IMG/VR virus record: IMGVR_UViG_2671180884_000028
Location: 1 to 10,652 of that record
Length of the DNA stretch: 10,652 nt
DNA from: a virus
Taxonomy: Duplodnaviria; Heunggongvirae; Uroviricota; Caudoviricetes
Direction: 5' to 3' (one strand)
The notes beneath the pieces are model-generated. The model worked only from the letters and a program-made list of their open reading frames with translations, made no database searches and had not been told where the DNA came from. Below, one piece after another: positions 6,820 to 10,652 of this stretch. The stretch's first letter is position 1, and the number at the start of each line of letters is the position of its first letter. The position numbers and the translations under genes are program-made.

Positions 6820-7092
6820 ATGGTACATGACCGCATAGCGGAGGAACTCGAGGCAAAAGGCTTTTACCGGAGGGCGGCGGCGCGATGGGGTGAAGTTATG
6901 CAGCTGGTGGAGACAGACAAGGAACGGCATCAGGTTACGATGCGACGGCTGGAATGTTCCAGGAAGGCACAGAAGCCACCGGAGCCGCCGGATAACTTCG
7001 GAGACCTGAGAAAGGCAGTCGATCGCACTTATGCTGAAATGGGTATAGATGGTGTAAGCGATGAAATATGGCGTAATTACCCAGACAGCTAA
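6820..7092 (+). CDS. PerC-family transcriptional regulator-like protein (90 aa)
   Basis: ATG 6820 with RBS GAGGGGG (6808-6814). N-terminus MVHDRIAEELEAKGFYRRAAARWGEVMQL matches the conserved PerC/Pch N-terminal pattern as recalled. Confidence 0.55.
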   Translation: MVHDRIAEELEAKGFYRRAAARWGEVMQLVETDKERHQVTMRRLECSRKAQKPPEPPDNFGDLRKAVDRTYAEMGIDGVSDEIWRNYPDS

Positions 7093-7097
7093 TCAAC

Positions 7098-7120
7098 AGC
7101 CGGAGAAATCCGGCTTTTTT
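7098..7120 (+). terminator. Rho-independent terminator
   Basis: Hairpin AGCCGGA-gaaa-TCCGGCT followed by TTTTTT, directly after the PerC-like gene. An almost identical copy occurs at 9372-9395. Confidence 0.6.
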
Positions 7121-7131
7121 GTACCCAAAAA

Positions 7132-7169
7132 AAGCCCGATAAGTACAGGAGGCATCTTATCGGGCTTTT
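7132..7169. terminator. Second hairpin, possible bidirectional terminator
   Basis: AAGCCCGATAAG-(12-nt loop)-CTTATCGGGCTT with TTTT on the plus side and an A7 run (T7 on minus) on the other side. Confidence 0.4.
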
Positions 7170-7246
7170 GCATATGAGGTTTTTTTGGTGCACTGACACA
7201 CATGATCGGGATAATCATTTCATAATTTGCAACACAACTCAACATC

Positions 7247-7297
7247 ATTGCACAAAATGCAATCCTGATTATAATCAGAGCTGGATGTTCATCCAGT
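7247..7297 (+). promoter_or_regulatory. Promoter of the head module with three palindromic elements (candidate operator or activator sites)
   Basis: -35 TTGCAC (7248-7253), 16-bp spacer, consensus -10 TATAAT (7270-7275). The -10 lies inside the perfect 14-bp palindrome CTGATTATAATCAG (7265-7278). Flanked by ATTGCA-caaaa-TGCAAT (7247-7263) and CTGGATG-tt-CATCCAG (7281-7296). Confidence 0.5.
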
Positions 7298-7331
7298 TAT
7301 GATTTTTTAAGTCAAAGAGGAATTTCTTACT

Positions 7332-7538
7332 ATGGCTGAAGAGAAAAAAGGCGGTGTTTCGGTGTACATAAGCCCCGACATCGTGAAGGCGCTCAAGGAA
7401 CGCCACCAGCAGAACGTAAAAGCAGGCATTGCGGCAGGACTTGATCCGCTGGCGATGGTTGAGCCGTCAACAGGCTGGCAGGTGCGCGCCTACTTACGTG
7501 CGGCGCTGGGTATGAATCAGGTTCACGGGGGTGAATAA
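7332..7538 (+). CDS. Hypothetical head-module protein (68 aa), translationally coupled to the major capsid gene
   Basis: ATG 7332 with RBS AAGAGGAA (7315-7322). Stop overlaps the capsid gene start (TAATG at 7536-7540). Position suggests a scaffold or assembly factor, but there is no sequence evidence for this. Confidence 0.5.
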   Translation: MAEEKKGGVSVYISPDIVKALKERHQQNVKAGIAAGLDPLAMVEPSTGWQVRAYLRAALGMNQVHGGE

Positions 7539-8593
7539 TGGCAGGCAAAGCAATGGCACTTAACACTAACCAGCTTTTTACATACCTGAATCGCGGGGAT
7601 ATTGCGGAATTTAAATTCAGTCCGCTGTTTACCACGCTGTTTTTCCCGAACGTGGCGACATTCAGCACCCAAAACATCATGCTGGATACCCTGGACATTG
7701 AAGAAGTCACCATGTCGGCGTTTTGTTCGCCTATGGTTGGCAGTCAGGTACAGCGCGATAAAGGGTATGAAACCAGCACAATCAAACCTGGCTACATGAA
7801 GCCAAAGCACGAAATCGATCCAACAAAAACCATCATGCGCATGGCTGGAGAAGATCCGGCACAGCTTAACGACCCTACCTACCGCCGTATGCGCCTGATT
7901 ACTGGCAACATGCGCCGCCAGATAAACGCCATTAAAGCGCGCGTGGAATGGCTGGCGGTGAATGCGATAACGACCGGAAAAAACATCATTGAGGGCGAAG
8001 GCATAGAACGCTATGAAATCGACTGGAAAATACCGGAAAACTGCATCATAGAGCAGGCCAAGGGTAAAAAATGGTCCGAGCATGATAAAGATATTTACGA
8101 TCCAATCTATGACATCGAACTATACGCAGATCAGGCAGGTTGCCCCGCCAACGTCATGATTATGGGCGCTGAGGTATGGCGCACGTTACGCAGCTTTAAA
8201 AAATTCCGCGAACTGTACGATCTTTCCCGTGGTTCAGAATCCGCCGCAGAACTGGCCTGTAAAAACCTGGGTGAAGTAGTGAGCTTTAAAGGCTATCTGG
8301 GCGATATTGCCCTTATCGTCTATTCCGGCAAATACACTGACAGCGACGGTACCGAAAAATATTTCCTTGAGCCTGATTTGCTGGTCCTGGGTAACACCAA
8401 CAATAAAGGGCTGGTGGCCTATGGTGCGATTATGGATCAGGAAGCGGTAAGAACGGGCGCAACGCAAAACATGTTCTACCCGAAAAACTGGATTGAAGAC
8501 GGCGATCCGGCGATTGAGTACGTTCAGACGCACAGCGCACCGCAGCCGGTACCGGCAGATATTCGCAAATTTGTTACCGTCAAAATTGGTTAA
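7538..8593 (+). CDS. Major capsid protein, lambda gpE family (HK97 fold)
   Basis: 351 aa. Collinear with lambda gpE as recalled: EFKFSPLFTTLFF vs KFKFDPLFLRLFF; PGYMKPKHEIDP vs PGYVKPKHEVNP; GEDPAQLNDPTYRRMRLITGNMR vs DEDPQNLADPAYRRRRIIMQNMR; VSFKGYLGDIALIVYSGKY vs VSYKGMYGDVAIVVYSGQY; FYPKNWIEDGDPA vs RYPKNWVTTGDPA; C-terminus KFVTVKIG vs EFVSVQLA. Confidence 0.9.
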   Translation: MAGKAMALNTNQLFTYLNRGDIAEFKFSPLFTTLFFPNVATFSTQNIMLDTLDIEEVTMSAFCSPMVGSQVQRDKGYETSTIKPGYMKPKHEIDPTKTIMRMAGEDPAQLNDPTYRRMRLITGNMRRQINAIKARVEWLAVNAITTGKNIIEGEGIERYEIDWKIPENCIIEQAKGKKWSEHDKDIYDPIYDIELYADQAGCPANVMIMGAEVWRTLRSFKKFRELYDLSRGSESAAELACKNLGEVVSFKGYLGDIALIVYSGKYTDSDGTEKYFLEPDLLVLGNTNNKGLVAYGAIMDQEAVRTGATQNMFYPKNWIEDGDPAIEYVQTHSAPQPVPADIRKFVTVKIG

Positions 8594-8604
8594 CGGGGGA
8601 TTCT

Positions 8605-8940
8605 ATGGACACTCCATACATTGAGTTATTTGCAGGCAGTCAGCAGGTATCCACGACGCTGGTACATTTTGCCGCTGATGCTGGCGTCATTCAGGAATTT
8701 ACCCCGCTGATGCTGGCGGACAATGGCGAGTTTAAGCCGTGGGATGGTCAGGAATCTGGCAAGGCTGTTTATCTGACCTCGTACCCTGTGGACACGTCAA
8801 AGCAAAAATCAGCACAGTGTTACAAGACGGGGATATTTAATATCGCCGCCGTAAACTGGCCTGAGAGCGTCGACACTGACGCGAAAAAATGCGCCGCCTT
8901 TGCGGGTTCTGGCGTATCCGTTCAGCCGCTGGCGCGATAA
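8605..8940 (+). CDS. Head decoration / stabilisation protein, lambda gpD-like
   Basis: 111 aa; ATG 8605 with RBS GGGGGA. Matches lambda gpD as recalled: TPLMLADNGEFKPWDG vs TPLMLDTSSRKLVAWDG; CYKTGIFNIAAVNWPE vs FYKSGTFRYEDVLWPE; DAKKCAAFAGSGVS vs DETKKRTAFAGTAIS. Confidence 0.8.
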   Translation: MDTPYIELFAGSQQVSTTLVHFAADAGVIQEFTPLMLADNGEFKPWDGQESGKAVYLTSYPVDTSKQKSAQCYKTGIFNIAAVNWPESVDTDAKKCAAFAGSGVSVQPLAR

Positions 8941-8952
8941 GCAGGGGGAACG

Positions 8953-9366
8953 ATGGCAACGAATGAAAGCATCATGACGCTACCGCTGGCGAGTAAATTT
9001 AAAGCCGAAGCGCGGGCAATGGCTGACAGAGGTTTATCAACCTACGAGGCCGTATATCAACTCAACAAACTGGAAGAGCAGGACAAGCCGCGCGCTGATG
9101 CGATTATGGCGCTTCATGAACATAACGACTATCAGCCGCTGTTACGTGCAATGGCAAACGTGCCATGTATTAGCGTCGATAATGCTCGTGAAATCCTGAA
9201 CATGACCATAGAGCAGGAGCGCCCAAAGGTTGCGCCGGAGCTTACCGCAGCCTTTGAAAACTTTATGGACATGCACAGCCCGAAAGCCGTATCACCCGGC
9301 ATGGCATACGATGGCAGAAACCAGGGCGATGACGGCGACATCGATCGCATACTGAAAACCATCTGA
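8953..9366 (+). CDS. Hypothetical protein (137 aa) at the end of the head module
   Basis: ATG 8953 with RBS AGGGGGAA (8943-8950). Followed by a terminator hairpin. No recognisable homology. Confidence 0.55.
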   Translation: MATNESIMTLPLASKFKAEARAMADRGLSTYEAVYQLNKLEEQDKPRADAIMALHEHNDYQPLLRAMANVPCISVDNAREILNMTIEQERPKVAPELTAAFENFMDMHSPKAVSPGMAYDGRNQGDDGDIDRILKTI

Positions 9367-9371
9367 GACAA

Positions 9372-9395
9372 GGCCGGAGAAATCCGGCTTTTTTT
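9372..9395 (+). terminator. Rho-independent terminator (second copy of the hairpin at 7098-7120)
   Basis: GGCCGGA-gaaa-TCCGGC followed by T7. Sits immediately upstream of the cosQ-like sequence. Confidence 0.6.
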
Positions 9396-9572
9396 ACGGG
9401 TCCTTTCCGGCATATGGACCCGTTACGGGGCGGCGACCTCGCGCGTTTTCGCTATTTATGAGCCTTTTCAGGGGGGTGGTGGTGGTTTTGTTGTTTGCTC
9501 TATCTTTATGAATGAAAAGGGAAAGATGCAAACAATACACCAACCTGAAGCAGTAATTAAGTTGGTGTATTA
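9396..9572 (+). other. cos site A (cosQ-like, cosN, divergent cosB), forward orientation, upstream of terS
   Basis: ACGGGTCCTTTCCGG...CCGTTACG followed by the exact lambda cohesive-end 12-mer GGGCGGCGACCT (9428-9439), then CGCGCGTTTTCGCTATTTATGAG, closely matching the lambda genome left end as recalled. The distal part lacks lambda R-site motifs and instead has inverted repeats AATACACCAAC / GTTGGTGTATT (9530-9540 / 9561-9571) and TGTTTGC / GCAAACA (9494-9500 / 9517-9523). Confidence 0.75.
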
Positions 9573-10115
9573 ATGAAATCGCACCTGATGAACAAAAAAA
9601 ACATGGCGAAAAGCTGCCGTGTAAGTGCGACAGCGTTCGACAAGTGGGGAGTGACTCCCGTTGAACGTAAAGGCCGTGAGGCGTTTTATGATGTTGCCAG
9701 CGTGATAGACAATAGGGTTAACAATGCAATTAGCCAGCTTACAAACGACAAAGGCGATATTGATGATGATGAACTCTTACGAGTCAGGATCAGATTACTG
9801 ACAGCACAGGCGGAGGCGCAGGAACTTAAAAACGAGCGCGATCGCGGTGACGTGATTGATACTGAGTTTTGCCTGTACGCGCTTTCAAAGCTGGCGAGTC
9901 AGATTTCATCAATCATGGACAGCCTCCCGCTTACTATGCAAAGGAGCTTCCCACAGATTACCCCCGCCATGCTGGACAGGCTTAAAAGGGAAGTGGTTAA
10001 AGCCTGTAATGCCAGTGCCAGAGTTGCCGACAACCTCCCACAGATACTGGCTGATTACTTGAAAGAAACAACCGGAAACGTACCGGAAAAGTTGCTACAG
10101 AAGAAAGGCAAGTAA
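9573..10115 (+). CDS. Terminase small subunit, lambda Nu1-like (TerS)
   Basis: 180 aa. Middle and C-terminal regions are collinear with lambda Nu1 as recalled: LTAQAEAQELKNERDRGDVIDTEFCLYALSKLASQISSIMDSLPLTMQRSFPQ vs LTRAQADAQELKNARDSAEVVETAFCTFVLSRIAGEIASILDGLPLSVQRRFPE. The N-terminal wHTH region is much more divergent. Alternative start ATG 9588 (MNKKNMAK) aligns with Nu1 MEVNKKQLA. No strong RBS at either start. Confidence 0.85.
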   Translation: MKSHLMNKKNMAKSCRVSATAFDKWGVTPVERKGREAFYDVASVIDNRVNNAISQLTNDKGDIDDDELLRVRIRLLTAQAEAQELKNERDRGDVIDTEFCLYALSKLASQISSIMDSLPLTMQRSFPQITPAMLDRLKREVVKACNASARVADNLPQILADYLKETTGNVPEKLLQKKGK

Positions 10116-10340
10116 CAGAAGCGCAATTATTGAACAAAAATGAGAAACGACATGAAAGCGTCATAAATCGCCATTTCAGATGATTACCGTGTCGTTTCTT
10201 TTTATTGTGTATCTATTTAAAAACAAATAGTTATGTTCGAGAAGTACCGACATGATTTTTCCAGAAAAATTTTCATAAACAGATAAAAACCGCGAGGTCG
10301 CCGCCCCGTAACGGGCCATAATTCCAGGAAGGACCCGACG
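10116..10340 (-). other. cos site B (lambda-like cosQ-cosN-cosB) in inverted orientation, downstream of terS
   Basis: On the minus strand: CGGGTCCTTCCTGGAATTATGGCCCGTTACG, then GGGCGGCGACCT (plus 10295-10306), then CGCGGTTTTTATCTGTTTATGAAAATTTTTCTGG, then R-site-like AAGAAACGACACGG and ATGTCGTTTCTCA (perfect 10-bp inverted repeat at plus 10152-10161 / 10190-10199). This is collinear with lambda cosN-I2-R3-R2 as recalled. A 25-bp core is a perfect inverted repeat of cos A (9419-9443 vs 10291-10315). Confidence 0.7.
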
Positions 10341-10370
10341 ACACCAGACTATCAGAACGATGGGGGCACA

Positions 10371-10652
10371 ATGACAGAAGCCGAACTACTGCGATTAATC
10401 CGTCGCGTTGCCGGAATCAGCCAGCAGGCTGACGAACAGGCCACGCAGCCGGACAGCGTGACAGCCGAAAATTATGTGCGTGTTGTTGCGGAGGTGATGC
10501 GCCGTGATGGTATCCAGCTTAATGATGCGGATATGCGCGACATACGGATCCGCGTTCTTGAAATGCTGGCCTACCGTCGCCGCGTGCAGACGTACAGGGA
10601 AAAAGCAAAAATAACGTACCAGTGGAAGAAGCCGGAGCGATTACGGCGGTAA
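10371..10652 (+). CDS. Hypothetical protein (93 aa) just beyond cos B
   Basis: ATG 10371 with G-rich RBS (GGGGG at 10362-10366); stop TAA 10650-10652 at the window end. No recognisable homology. Confidence 0.45.
   Translation: MTEAELLRLIRRVAGISQQADEQATQPDSVTAENYVRVVAEVMRRDGIQLNDADMRDIRIRVLEMLAYRRRVQTYREKAKITYQWKKPERLRR

Larger units (their letters stand above)
1..10652 (+). mobile_element. Phage satellite / phage-inducible chromosomal island (PICI-like), partial or nearly complete; left end begins at the int start codon
   Basis: Gene content and order: P4-type integrase, AlpA, primase-helicase with iteron ori, own capsid genes, terS and cos sites, but no tail, lysis, portal or terminase large subunit genes in 10.6 kb. 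Attachment sites are not visible because the window starts at the int ATG. Confidence 0.7.

Noticed and set aside
6131-6930. Minus-strand ORFs (205 aa, 97 aa, 77 aa) across the hypothetical/ssb/PerC region
   Set aside because: Antisense to three collinear plus-strand genes with RBS and translational coupling; composition is typical of non-coding frames.
7265-7278. LexA (SOS) box at the head-module promoter
   Set aside because: The palindrome is CTG-N8-CAG, whereas the enterobacterial LexA box is CTG-N10-CAG (CTGTATATATATACAG). The spacing does not fit, so no SOS-box call is made.
7393-8533. Minus-strand ORFs (106 aa, 186 aa, 99 aa) inside the head module
   Set aside because: Antisense to the gpE-like capsid gene, whose homology is unambiguous.
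9396-10340. Invertible DNA segment (the inverted repeats flanking terS acting as recombinase sites)
   Set aside because: The repeats are recognisable cos sites rather than recombinase crossover sites, and no invertase gene is adjacent. Inversion by homologous recombination between 25-bp cores cannot be excluded but is not the simplest reading.

Overview
The window reads as one nearly complete phage satellite (PICI-like chromosomal island) from an enterobacterial host, apparently parasitising a lambda-like cos helper phage. Left to right: a P4-type tyrosine integrase starting at base 1, a small promoter/terminator-bounded cassette, an AlpA-family regulator, a divergently placed Arc-like RHH repressor with a perfect inverted-repeat operator, an early operon of six translationally coupled small ORFs, a primase/SF3-helicase replication protein followed by an iteron-rich origin, a hypothetical gene, a frameshifted ssb and a PerC-like regulator. 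After two terminators a separately promoted morphogenesis module follows: a lambda gpE-family major capsid protein, a gpD-like decoration protein and two unknowns. The most unusual part is the packaging module: a lambda Nu1-like terminase small subunit sits between two lambda-type cos sites in inverted orientation, each carrying the exact lambda cohesive-end 12-mer GGGCGGCGACCT. One has a divergent cosB matching the island TerS, the other a lambda-like cosB. All homology calls rest on reading the translations and on remembered reference sequences (lambda cos, Nu1, gpE, gpD, Arc, SSB); no database search was run.
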